DNA of 62,937 bases, filler included, from Octopus bimaculoides (Eukaryota): the NCBI RefSeq assembly GCF_001194135.2. It is 3 parts of 3 records of this genome, joined end to end, with 100 filler letters (N's around TTAATTAATTAA, not from the genome) between each part and the next. Parts side by side here need not be neighbours in the genome. Positions count along the whole stretch, not along the records: positions 28,937 to 58,132 come from NC_068988.1; positions 58,233 to 62,937 come from NC_068982.1; 1 more part is not named here. One strand, given 5' to 3'. The notes beneath the pieces were generated by a model, which saw only the letters and a program-made list of their open reading frames with translations, was not told where the DNA came from and did not search any database. Of the stretch, positions 52,092 through 62,937 are shown one piece after another (the first letter of the stretch is position 1; each line of letters starts with the position of its first letter). The position numbers and the translations under genes are program-made.

Positions 52092-52290
52092 ATGGATGCC
52101 AAAGTGTTCGAGATGAGCCTACCAGACGACCCAACTGAGGAAGATTATATTTACTGGAAACGGATGCTACATATCTACACAGCAGAAGCAAAGGTTCCAG
52201 ATGAATCTAAACTGGAGGTACTCTTAGTCCTCTGAAGAGAAAGGACCTACCCCATCGTCGAAGGCAGCAATAGAATGCCTGGACTCAAAA
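52092..52290 (+). mobile_element. Gypsy-type gag N-terminal fragment
   Basis: MDAKVFEMSLPDDPTEEDYIYWKRML..Y..EAKVPDESKLEVL.VL, followed by RTYPIVE..AAIECLD. Resembles Gypsy gag starts (recalled, not searched). Confidence 0.5.
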
Positions 52291-52850
52291 TTCAGGTAGA
52301 ATGGTTCTCACTGTCGATGATCTTGAAAATTGAAACTTTCTCTCATGAGAGGTTGTGTTGGTAGTTGTACAGGGGAATCCTCTCATGGTTGATAATGCCA
52401 CGGGGGGGAATGTTAACCATTGTCTTTTATCTAGTTGTAGTGAACTAAGTGCTAGATTTATGGTCTTCATGAGGGTACCGTGGGTCCTTTCACATTGGCC
52501 ATTGCCTTGAGGTCCATAGGGAGATATTTTAGTTTTTATTGTCCCGTTAGCGTGAAGGAAGCCCTGGAACTTCTTATTATCAAATTGGGTTCCTCTGTGA
52601 GAGTGGATACAACTTGGTGATCTAAACAATGAAAAGAGGTTGAGCAGGTGGGAAATTACTGTTTTGGTACTCATGTCTTTGCATGGGTATGCGAATGGGT
52701 ACCTTGAGTACTCATCGACTATTACCAATAAGTAGCAGCATTGTGTGGTTGATAGCAGGGGACCAACAAAGTCAATGGAGAGGCGCTCCTAAGGTCTCGA
52801 TGCCTATAGTAATTGACCCCTATGTAGTTTTTGGAAGCGGGGTTTAAGTT
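52290..52850 (-). mobile_element. Gypsy LTR-retrotransposon integrase core
   Basis: ERLSIDFVGPL...YLLVIVDEYSRYPFAYPC, IHS(H)RGTQF and SPY.PQGNGQCERTHGTL form a DDE integrase with the second Asp mutated. Confidence 0.92.
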
Positions 52851-53114
52851 GTATGTATGTAATTATTCAGTTTATTTCAAGATTTCTTGCCAATAGAGAA
52901 AGACCCGGTTTCTAACCTAGATCCAAGACTCCTTCATTGGAATTTCAACATCAACAACAGGGTATTTTTGTTTGTATGTATGTATGTATGCATGCATGCA
53001 TGCATGTATGCATTATGTATGTATGTATGTATGTATGTATGTATGTGCAGATTTGTATGTTTTATGTATGTATTCTCATGCATATAGTTGAATATATAGA
53101 TATGCTCATATATA

Positions 53115-56100
53115 TTTAAATGATAAACTTCTGGAAAGTTTTACAAATTTTTACAGTTCCAGTGATAAATTGGATCTGTGTTCTTTGAATTAGCTTTCTC
53201 CTTTCTAGTTTTGAGAAGCCTAATTTCTCAAGATTGGTATTTAGACAGTGTGCTACATATCCCAGGGCCCCAATAATTACAGGTATAAACCTGAACTTGT
53301 AATCTGGATAGAGTAAACTGCATATTTCTCAATAGTTCAACATAGGTGTTCTCTTTTTCACTTATCTTCAGCTTTATGTTAACATCCGCTGGGTAGCTAA
53401 TTTCCACAACTATACACAGTTTCTCTTCTCTATCCCAAATCATTTATATCAGGTCTGTTGTGCTTACATTTTATTGAGGTCTTCACTGGGACATTCCACC
53501 AGTATTCCTTTTTATTATGAGTGGCTATGGCTTCTACCATATTGTGGGTTCTTATTTCTTTGTACTCGGGATTATCCTTCCGACGGATTTCATTATAGAG
53601 TGTCCTAGCTACAACGTCATGTCTCATCGGTAGATAATACCGTAGTGACATTTTCGGGCAGTTGCTTATGATATGGGTGATATCTTCAGTGTAAACTCCA
53701 CAAAGTCAGCATCGGTTGTCACATCTTACAGCTTTTCGTGCATCTCTATCCCTTTTGTGCATCAGGTACTTGGTTGATATTTCCTGTTCCTGGATTGTAA
53801 ACGCATAGCCTTCAAAGTGGGAACGAGTAATCCGGCTATTGGTTCATGATAAACTACTTTGATGATCGATGTTACTATCATCACGGAGCTTTCTACTAAC
53901 ATATCCATGCATAGTCTTCAGCTCATATAGGCTCATCCTTTCATTTGATGATACATTACGGTAGAGTCGTACGACTTCTTTGGGCATGAATTCTAGGTTA
54001 TCAGACAAAGCATGTTGCTCAAAGAACTGCCTTCCAAGTCTTATGATGTTATCAGCCTCATGTATGCAAACTTAGTGGTTAGAAGATGTTGCCGAAGGGA
54101 TATGATGCAACATTCAAAGGTATTTTGGATCGATGTTAAGCTTCTGCCACCTTGTTTTCGTTTTAGGTAGTGATGGTCTACGTCACTGTTTGTGTGGAAA
54201 TTATGTGTGCTTGTTAGTATTTTGGGGGTTTTCACATCAACGGCTCGAATCTCATCAAGCGTCCAATCAAGCAGCCCAAATGTTGGTATGAGTACTGGCA
54301 CTGCAAATGCATTGTAGGCCACTGTTTTATTGAATGCAGAGAGTTCTGAGGTCCAAATTTTCTTTATTCGGCTAATAGTCTTTAGTGACATGCGTTTTGT
54401 TACAAGTGCCATTGTAAGATATATTTTCATCCACCCCTAGCTACCAGTAACATTCCTCGTCAGATACAGGGGAAACAGTCAAATCATTGTTGGAGATATT
54501 ACTAGTCTGGTTTATAGTCTTCCCCTTTTCACAATCATATAACATTTATCCTGACCAAACTCCAACCCTACATCCTTTGAGAATGTTGTAACTAGGTCAA
54601 GTCTCTTTTTCATCTCATGCATATTCTTTGCATAAAGTTTTAAATCATCCACAAAGAAATAGTGTGTAATTTTGGTATTTCTGTTTCCTTGTAAACCAGT
54701 GAGATATCCTTCAGACTTCCTTAACATGAATGACAAGGGGTTTACAGAAAGTATAAACAACATCACAGAGAGGTTGTCTCCTTGGAATATGCCTTTACGA
54801 TACTGTATTCTATCGGTGATGATACAATCATTCTTTGTGTTTAATATCAAGAAGGTGGCCCACCATGAAGTCAGGTCAGCTATGGCTTTGACTATTCTCA
54901 CTGGAACTTTAGCAAGTTGAAGGCTTTCTAGCATCCATGAGTAAAGGCTTTCTTGTGGTCTAGCCACATTGGAACTGGGTTCCTCCTATGCTCTCGCACC
55001 TCTAACATCACAGTTGTGTTGATTAACAATTGCTCGGCACATCTTCAAATTCCTCTCTTCCCAGCTGCTTGCTCTGCTGTGATAATGTTATTGGTTTCAC
55101 AATGGTCCTAGAGCAAGAGGTTTAAACGTGCTGTATGTATCTTATACATTAAGTTCTGACATACAATTGACTGGTAATTTTTTGCCATGTGGGTGGTTCT
55201 GCATTTGGGGATCAATTTTATCTCTGCCAGAGCTAACCAGTGTGATATACTACTGTTCCCAATGAAAGCTTGCTGGTACAGAGTGATAAAATATGGTTGG
55301 TAGAATACAGGAACAGTAACTTTTTCGGATTTCAGCCTCAGAGCATCTTGATTAAATTCCTTCTCTTCACTCCAAATTTTCCTCCAGAAGGAGTTTATGT
55401 CTTCTAGTGAAGGAACTTCCGTGATGTTTACTGCTCCTCCTCTCATGTCTCTGTATACTGCTGCCTGGTTGCGGTTAAACTTTTTTATTTCTGGTTCTTC
55501 TCTCGGTTATTTTCTTCTGCTGTCGGAGTTTTTCTCTGACAGGTTTTTTTGCTCCTGCTTGAGGGTTATCAGTTTGCAAGTGAGTGTCCACTTTTTGCTG
55601 TCTCCAGACATCATTTCTATCTCCTTTACTTTCTGTTGGTGGGACATATAGTGATTTGTTTGTTTGCACGCAATAAGCATCATTACATGACTGATAGTCT
55701 TCCGTAAACCAGTTATCTTTTTCACCGTCTTCAAAACCCATGATGGTACTTTCTTAGTTATTTCGGTTTTTACTTTTTGAGTAGCCAGAGAATATAGACA
55801 GGCGTTAATCTGCCAGTATGTGGGTTCATCACACAGTTGTAAATACTCATCACCAATTTCGTTAATAACTTTTAGTACCGTATCTGGTGGTTTTTTACTT
55901 ACTTTGGCAGAGAATACTCTTTCCTCGAGAGAGTATTTCACAGCCAAAGTTATTTTCTCTCGGAAAATTTACATAAGGGCACATTTCACCGGCATATAAT
56001 CCTGACTACCACTACTACCACTACTACTACAATAATAGTTGTGTGTTGTGCCTGCTATTTACCATAATCGTAGTAGAGAGACAGTGGTCAGTTACTTGAG

Positions 56101-56775
56101 TCAGTAATGTAGTTTAGCTGGCAGGTACTATGGAATCTGTTGGAATGTCACTAGCTGCAAAACCACGTGGTGGTCTTGTATCATTCACATTTTCGTACTT
56201 GTTTATAGAGTTGGGAAGAAGGTTAATTTTCGATTTCTTAATAAAGTTACAGTTACTAACCTTCTTTCTATGTTCTACAAATGTTGCTTGTTGGCGTAGT
56301 TGCTTCGCAGTAAAATGATTTGATTCTGGATGCAGATCGTCCCAATATGATTTCAATCGATTCATATAGCCAACAGCAGGGTTTTGTTCCGCTTTTTCGT
56401 AGCAGTTAAATAGATCATTATTCGATTCATAACTCTAAGAGAAATGAGTTTTGTAGTCACGGTTTCTTCTATAACTACAGTTAGAAAGAATTTGTTTACC
56501 TCTCGAGCTGTTGTTTTCGTTCTGCTCCTCGACTGTTTTGTTGATGTTGTGTCCAGCCATGTTGTTTGTGGTAACTCTCTGCATGTTAAAGTCAAGTTTC
56601 AGTCGAAAATCACTACGATCGTGAATAATAGGTTCCCTCAGTTAATTCATCTGAAGATCAACCAGTTATTTAACAAGGCTTATAATTGTGGCTCCTAAGT
56701 TGGAGATAGTATTGACCGCATTTTCGATAAATAGCCCCCCCCCCGCCAAATACGCGACTTGTCGCTTAGAGTATT
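53115..56775 (-). mobile_element. Near full-length, decayed R4/Dong-clade non-LTR retrotransposon
   Basis: N-terminal LKSYWD.LHP...FT.KQLRQQA; RT motifs KGIFQGD.LS..LF.LS.NPLS and ITH.FFVDDLKLYA; C..C...EDITHIISNC..MS..YYL..RHD.VA; HNRPDI..WD...K.C..VEI..P (RLE). Confidence 0.9.
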
Positions 56776-56794
56776 GTATGTATGTATGTATGTA

Positions 56795-57230
56795 TTAAAG
56801 CAGCGACCTGGTAGAATCGTTAGCACGCCGAGTCAAGTGCTTAACAGCATTTCGTCCATTTTTACGTTCTGACTTCAAATTCCGCAGAGGTCGACTTTGC
56901 TTTCATCCCTTTCCGGGTTGATAAAATTAGTACCAATTAAGCACAGGGTCGATATAAAAGGCTTACCTTCTCCCCGAAATTGGCCGGGTGTCAAAATTTG
57001 AAACAATCATTACAACAGTAATTAACGCTGTGAAGCCGGCAGAATTGTTGTTACTGCGCCGGACAATATGCTTAGCAGTATTTCTTCCTGTTGTTTACGC
57101 TCTGAGTTTGACTTTGCTTTCATCCTTTCAGGGTTGATAAAATCAGTATCAGTTGAGTAATAGGGACGGTGTAATCGACTAGCCACCCCACTCCCTCAAA
57201 ATTTCAAGTTTTGTGCTGAAAGTAGAACTC
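56795..57230 (+). mobile_element. Two tandem family A SINEs
   Basis: gcagaat.gtt...acgcc...atgcttag/aac.gcatttc...ttctga..tcaaattcc..gaggtcgactttgc.tttcatcc... Confidence 0.75.
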
Positions 57231-57906
57231 ATTTTTACAACAGTAATTTCGATGCCTGATTTAAATTATCTTCACTTAAACCACAAATGTATGAATGTTA
57301 TTACTCCACATTCTGAATCTGTAAACCAGATGTCTTCTTTTGGATTATTTTATTACAAATAAAGATTTTTAATTCATGCAGTGATTTAAGAGATGATACA
57401 TTCTACTTGTTTCTCAGACACATGGGTGAATTTCACCTCCTCTTTGCATAAACTTCACATTGCTACTCAGATTACACCTTTAAAAGCTAGGTGGACCAGG
57501 TCCTACAATGCTAGATAACATCTTCAAGTGACAAAGCGTAGTCACGATTATGATATGAAACCTGACAACTCTTTGGTTAGAAGGCTGACACCTTATCAAC
57601 TCATTCACCTGTTTCTGCCGTGTTTGTGTTAGAAATAATTTAGTTAGTGTAGTACTGTAGAGTTAGATACGTAATAAGCTGCGTTACATAATTTAGTTTC
57701 ATCCTTCTATTTTCTAATTTCAAAACTTTCAAATGGCACGTTTTGTCTTTCCTCGCCTTGTTTCTTTCCGTGTTCCTTTCTGTGGAAGAGCGTAGGCACG
57801 AAACGTTAAAGACTTTTTCACTTCCCGAGCGTTGTACTAATACATCCATTTGTTTTCTACACCACCTGTCTTCGTCTTTTTTTTGGGGGGGGTGAACTCT
57901 CCCTAG

Positions 57907-57941
<35 letters not shown>

Positions 57942-58132
57942 ATACAAAGAATATATATACATGTATACACACATATATGTACATACTTACATCTACATGT
58001 GTATATACATGCATATCAGGGTACAGGACGTTAGAACAATAAACTACAGACAACGGAACGAACACATAGGAAAACGGAAAGCCACTTGGAATATCCCTTC
58101 ATCAGCTGTCTCTATTCTATCTAGACGTTTCG

Positions 58133-58232
58133 NNNNNNNNNNNNNNNNNNNNNNNNNNNNNNNNNNNNNNNNNNNNTTAATTAATTAANNNNNNNNNNNN
58201 NNNNNNNNNNNNNNNNNNNNNNNNNNNNNNNN
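58133..58232. other. Artificial scaffold linker (44 N + TTAATTAATTAA + 44 N)
   Basis: Identical to 28837-28936. Confidence 0.92.
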
Positions 58233-58273
<41 letters not shown>

Positions 58274-59372
58274 GGATGTGATATTTTTTTTTTTTTCATT
58301 TTCATTCTTTCTTAATATAGATGAAGAAGTCTATTGTGATTTGAATGAAAGATATTCTGGAAGTTTTCGTCGGAATTCTTCGCAGTTCAATTTATCAGTG
58401 TTAAGTGATGTATGGAGCGTAAAAAGTGAAACATTCCGATTTATTTGCAACTTCTCTCTTCTTTCACGAAACTTTCTGGTGTTTCGAGTTCGCTTGTAAA
58501 GATTGTCATCATAAGTTTAGATCAAGGGAATTAAATGTCTCGATGAAAGATGGCTTCAGACCAGTCAATAATTAATCCGAAATGTGAGTGGTTGTTCTTA
58601 ATATTGCGCTTTATTGTATTAGAATTAATTTTCTCGTTCCACTACCTTCATTCATTATTACAACTGCAAATTGGACGTATGCTTTGAAAAATGTGCATAG
58701 GAACCGTCCCGGTTTTCTCCCCATCCAAGAACCAATCCGCTTGATTATTCAAGAAACATCATCTGCAGGGACTAACTGCATTGCAAACCGATAACTTGAT
58801 GGCTGATGAGAGAAGAAGAATTTCTGCCAAGTTAGGAAGAAAGTTGAGTTCGGATATCAACGATGGCTTGCTCGTAAATCTTGTGTTCTCCTTCTAAAGA
58901 GTCCAGCAGAACAGAAATATGTTGGTTTGGTTTCTACAGCGTTTTGTCGTCTCAATTAATCAGTAAGCTGTTCGTTTGCCGTCCTCTTCTCCTCTTCCCT
59001 TCTTTCTCTTCTGCTGCTGGCCGATCGGAGAAAACTATTCGAGTTTGTATAGTATTACTTCCACCAGAATTAACCCTTAGACGTTTGAATGCCATTATAT
59101 AAAACAGACAGCTCAGTCATTCACAGGTAGTCAGTCGGAGCTCTTAATGAAATATTCAAGACGAATGCGCGTACGATTTTATACATACATACATACATAC
59201 ATACATACATGTGTGCGTGTATGTCTTGTGTTGTACGAGTATATGTGTGGGATTGTGTGTGTGTATGTGTGTATGTGTGCGTGTGTGTGTGTATGACTAT
59301 AATTTTAGAAACCAACTGGCATAAACATCAATCCGACATGTATACACACATACACAAACACACACACACACA

Positions 59373-59421
<49 letters not shown>

Positions 59422-60119
59422 CACATACACACGCGCACACACACACACATATATATACACACACGTTTCTCTCCCTATCTCTCTCTGTCTCTCTGTCTTT
59501 CTCTCTTTCTCTGTACACACACACATACATATACACATACATATAAAAACACACACACGAACACTCACACACATACATCTACTTTCAACTGTACTTTTTG
59601 TCCCATACATATGCACGTAGATGCGTAAACTCTTTAAACACTTAAAGACACGTTCACTCGAAAGAACGAATGGCAAATCACAGAGGAAAAACCGTGTTAA
59701 TTAGAGGCCAACAGTACAATTGCTCTAAGTTGCCTGCTTTTGTAGTCGACCGTTGATCATGTAAATCAAGCCCATAGATCATAGATTTTCAAAAGATATT
59801 GTGACATTTAATCTTGCAATTCTTTTACTGTGACCGCCGGGAGATGGACTTAAATCAGTGCGACGGGCCGGTTTTCTCCGTTGAAATAGAAGAAAAGTAC
59901 CCAACTTCTCTAAAACGTTAAGCCTACATAAAGTCTCTTGGGTATATCGAACTATAAATGTTTCTTTTTCCTTTTCTTTTATTGAATTTTCAATGAAGAG
60001 AATTATATATATTTTTTACACTCCAACAGAGAGCAGCAATTAAATTATACAAAGAAAGAACTGACAAGAAAGAGAGACGTGGGAAGCGAGAGGGACGGGA
60101 AAGAGAAACACTAAGAAAT

Positions 60120-60137
60120 AAATAGAGAAATAGATAA

Positions 60138-60175
<38 letters not shown>

Positions 60176-60176
60176 T

Positions 60177-60221
<45 letters not shown>

Positions 60222-60229
60222 ATAAATAG

Positions 60230-60312
<83 letters not shown>

Positions 60313-60350
60313 GATAGATAATAGATAAAAAGATATATATAGATAGATAA
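60120..60350. repeat. (GATA)n microsatellite
   Basis: Seen directly. Shorter (GATA)n tracts at about 8460-8540, 20760-20825 and 28465-28513. Confidence 0.95.
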
Positions 60351-60366
60351 CCAGTAAGATGGATGA

Positions 60367-60399
<33 letters not shown>

Positions 60400-60962
60400 T
60401 ATATTAGAAGAGATAGAAAGGGAGGAGTGAGAGAAGGAATGAGTAAAGGAAAGAAAGATAGGTATGGGGGAAATTAGAGAGAGGAAATTGTTCATTGTCA
60501 GTAATTACGTTTTTAACAATTGGTTCGTAAGTAACATGGCGTAGGTTGTGGTTAGACAAACAGTGTGAGCGTCACAAACATAAATTTTACATGTAAAACC
60601 GCACACTTTTACACACACACATACACACACACACACACACACACATACACACGCATGTACGCTGAAAAAACAAACAAACAGAAAGCAGCGTACATACATA
60701 CACACACTCATGCACATTAACAGCGCAATGAAGCCTATATATCTGTTTTTGACGTATACATACATACGCAAATGCGTCAAGGTTGTATGCAAATTTCTAT
60801 TTCTATTTCCTAGATTATACAGGCTCACACACACATAAACACAGCCGTTACTTCTCTCTCTCTCTCTCTCTGCAGGTGTAGTTTTATTCATATATGTATG
60901 CTTTACAAAAATAAACACATAAGTACACACGAGGCTGCACATACACCTGAATACACACATAC

Positions 60963-61006
<44 letters not shown>

Positions 61007-62342
61007 NNNNNNNNNNNNNNNNNNNNNNNNNNNNNNNNNNNNNNNNNNNNNNNNNNNNNNNNNNNNNNNNNNNNNNNNNNNNNNNNNNNNNNNNNNNNNN
61101 NNNNNNNNNNNNNNNNNNNNNNNNNNNNNNNNNNNNNNNNNNNNNNNNNNNNNNNNNNNNNNNNNNNNNNNNNNNNNNNNNNNNNNNNNNNNNNNNNNNN
61201 NNNNNNNNNNNNNNNNNNNNNNNNNNNNNNNNNNNNNNNNNNNNNNNNNNNNNNNNNNNNNNNNNNNNNNNNNNNNNNNNNNNNNNNNNNNNNNNNNNNN
61301 NNNNNNNNNNNNNNNNNNNNNNNNNNNNNNNNNNNNNNNNNNNNNNNNNNNNNNNNNNNNNNNNNNNNNNNNNNNNNNNNNNNNNNNNNNNNNNNNNNNN
61401 NNNNNNNNNNNNNNNNNNNNNNNNNNNNNNNNNNNNNNNNNNNNNNNNNNNNNNNNNNNNNNNNNNNNNNNNNNNNNNNNNNNNNNNNNNNNNNNNNNNN
61501 NNNNNNNNNNNNNNNNNNNNNNNNNNNNNNNNNNNNNNNNNNNNNNNNNNNNNNNNNNNNNNNNNNNNNNNNNNNNNNNNNNNNNNNNNNNNNNNNNNNN
61601 NNNNNNNNNNNNNNNNNNNNNNNNNNNNNNNNNNNNNNNNNNNNNNNNNNNNNNNNNNNNNNNNNNNNNNNNNNNNNNNNNNNNNNNNNNNNNNNNNNNN
61701 NNNNNNNNNNNNNNNNNNNNNNNNNNNNNNNNNNNNNNNNNNNNNNNNNNNNNNNNNNNNNNNNNNNNNNNNNNNNNNNNNNNNNNNNNNNNNNNNNNNN
61801 NNNNNNNNNNNNNNNNNNNNNNNNNNNNNNNNNNNNNNNNNNNNNNNNNNNAGAGAGAGAGAGAGAAAGTGATACATACAAAGTCATAGATTAACTTGGT
61901 TTACCTTTTCACTCTTCATTTTTCTTCCTCTCTCTCATTTAATACCTTTCCTCTACCTCTAACATATTTTTCATAACATAGAAACGTAAAAACACACACA
62001 ACCACACATACGTGATCTGTAACAACAACATACACATAAACACATACACACATCAACATTATAAATATAAGATTTACTTCGTGTGTTTATTATGTAAACA
62101 CGCGCACGCATTGCTATCTTATAACTGTCTTCCGTTCTCCCTTCCTCTCTTTCTCTTCATTATTCCCGTTCTATATTCCTTTCTCCCCCCTCTCTCTCTT
62201 CCTGTCTCCCTCTTTTTTTACAAGTTTAGATGGTTCCACTCACACAAAGCACTAATAATAAATTGTTTTGTTTAAGTTAGGACATGATAGAAAGGAGAAA
62301 GATATTCATTGCAAATCAATGAACTTCATTAGAAATGTGGGC

Positions 62343-62539
62343 AATTTTTCAGATTAACACCCGCACGATTTTCACTACGGTGTTAGGGTTAGGGTTTTAG
62401 GGTCAGGGTTAGGGTTTTAGGGTTACGGTTAGGGTTAGAGTTTAGGATTAGGGTGAGTGTTACAGTTACGGTTTTACGGTCAGGGTTAGGGTTTTAGGGT
62501 TAGGGTTAGGTAATCGTGCGGGTGTTAATCTGAAAAATT
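62343..62539. mobile_element. Inverted-repeat element enclosing ~140 bp of TTAGGG-type repeats
   Basis: Perfect 28-bp inverted repeat aatttttcagattaacacccgcacgatt (62343-62370) / aatcgtgcgggtgttaatctgaaaaatt (62512-62539). Confidence 0.85.
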
Positions 62540-62600
62540 ACCGAAATGGGAAAACTATTGACCCTGCCTTTTGTTGTTCTGTTTAATATATACATAGACT

Positions 62601-62910
62601 ATGCCTCCAAAGAATAGAGTTTGCTGGGGAAAGACAGCAACCGGTTTAAAATGACAGCAACAGACTGCAGCAATTCATCACATTCCAGAAGCTACTTTGA
62701 ACATAATGCAAAATGCTGCATCAACATCTACTGCCCAATCTGATAGAATTCTGGCAGAACTGTGTAGCAACAGATCGCCAGCAATTGCTTCATCAGAAAT
62801 TGCCGTCCTAGCTCCTGCGAAAAGGGATTATCCTGCTATGTATAATCAGGGTAGCGCAAAAAGTTGTTTTGCACAAGCATTTGTATAGCCAATTAGATGG
62901 ATGGAATTTA
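62601..62910 (+). pseudogene. Decayed ORF start, possibly a Helitron Rep-helicase N-terminus
   Basis: MPPKNRVCWGKTATGLK*QQQTAAIHH...AELCSNRS...FV*PIRW, one frame with internal stops. MP.K.R..G.T starts are seen in animal Helitrons (recalled, weak). Confidence 0.3.
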
Positions 62911-62937
62911 TGTACGCTTAATAATGTTACGCAAAAC

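Noticed and set aside
60040-60495. 151-aa ORF with IYLS repeats
   Set aside because: It is the translation of a (TATC)n microsatellite.
62383-62510. TTAGGG array as a true chromosome end
   Set aside because: It is short, degenerate, internal and enclosed by inverted repeats.

Overview
This is AT-rich eukaryotic genomic DNA, about 8-9 kb of it N gaps. It is saturated with microsatellites and decayed transposable elements. The SINE families and overall texture look like a cephalopod (Octopus-type) genome; that is an inference from recalled repeat families, not a search. Most ORFs in the track are microsatellite or N-gap artefacts, or broken TE fragments. Recognisable TEs are RTE, CR1-like, L1/Tx1-like and R4/Dong-like LINEs, a Gypsy gag plus integrase, Helitron/Helentron remnants and at least three SINE families. 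Only two long intact non-TE ORFs are present, both single-exon CDSs on the minus strand about 10.4 kb apart: 38639-39988 (449 aa) and 50431-51105 (224 aa). Each ends in an OTU (ovarian tumour) deubiquitinase-like domain whose catalytic Cys is substituted (DGNS and DNTD instead of DGNC). They share a private YFW-x4-P-x-G motif, so they look like a diverged tandem pair of OTU pseudo-deubiquitinases, possibly of Helentron origin. Other highlights are two unrelated inverted-repeat elements enclosing TTAGGG telomeric repeats, two apparent SINE-LINE shared-tail pairs, and two R4/Dong families sitting in different microsatellites. Two 100-bp N-TTAATTAATTAA-N linkers mark artificial scaffold joins. 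All alignments were done by eye.
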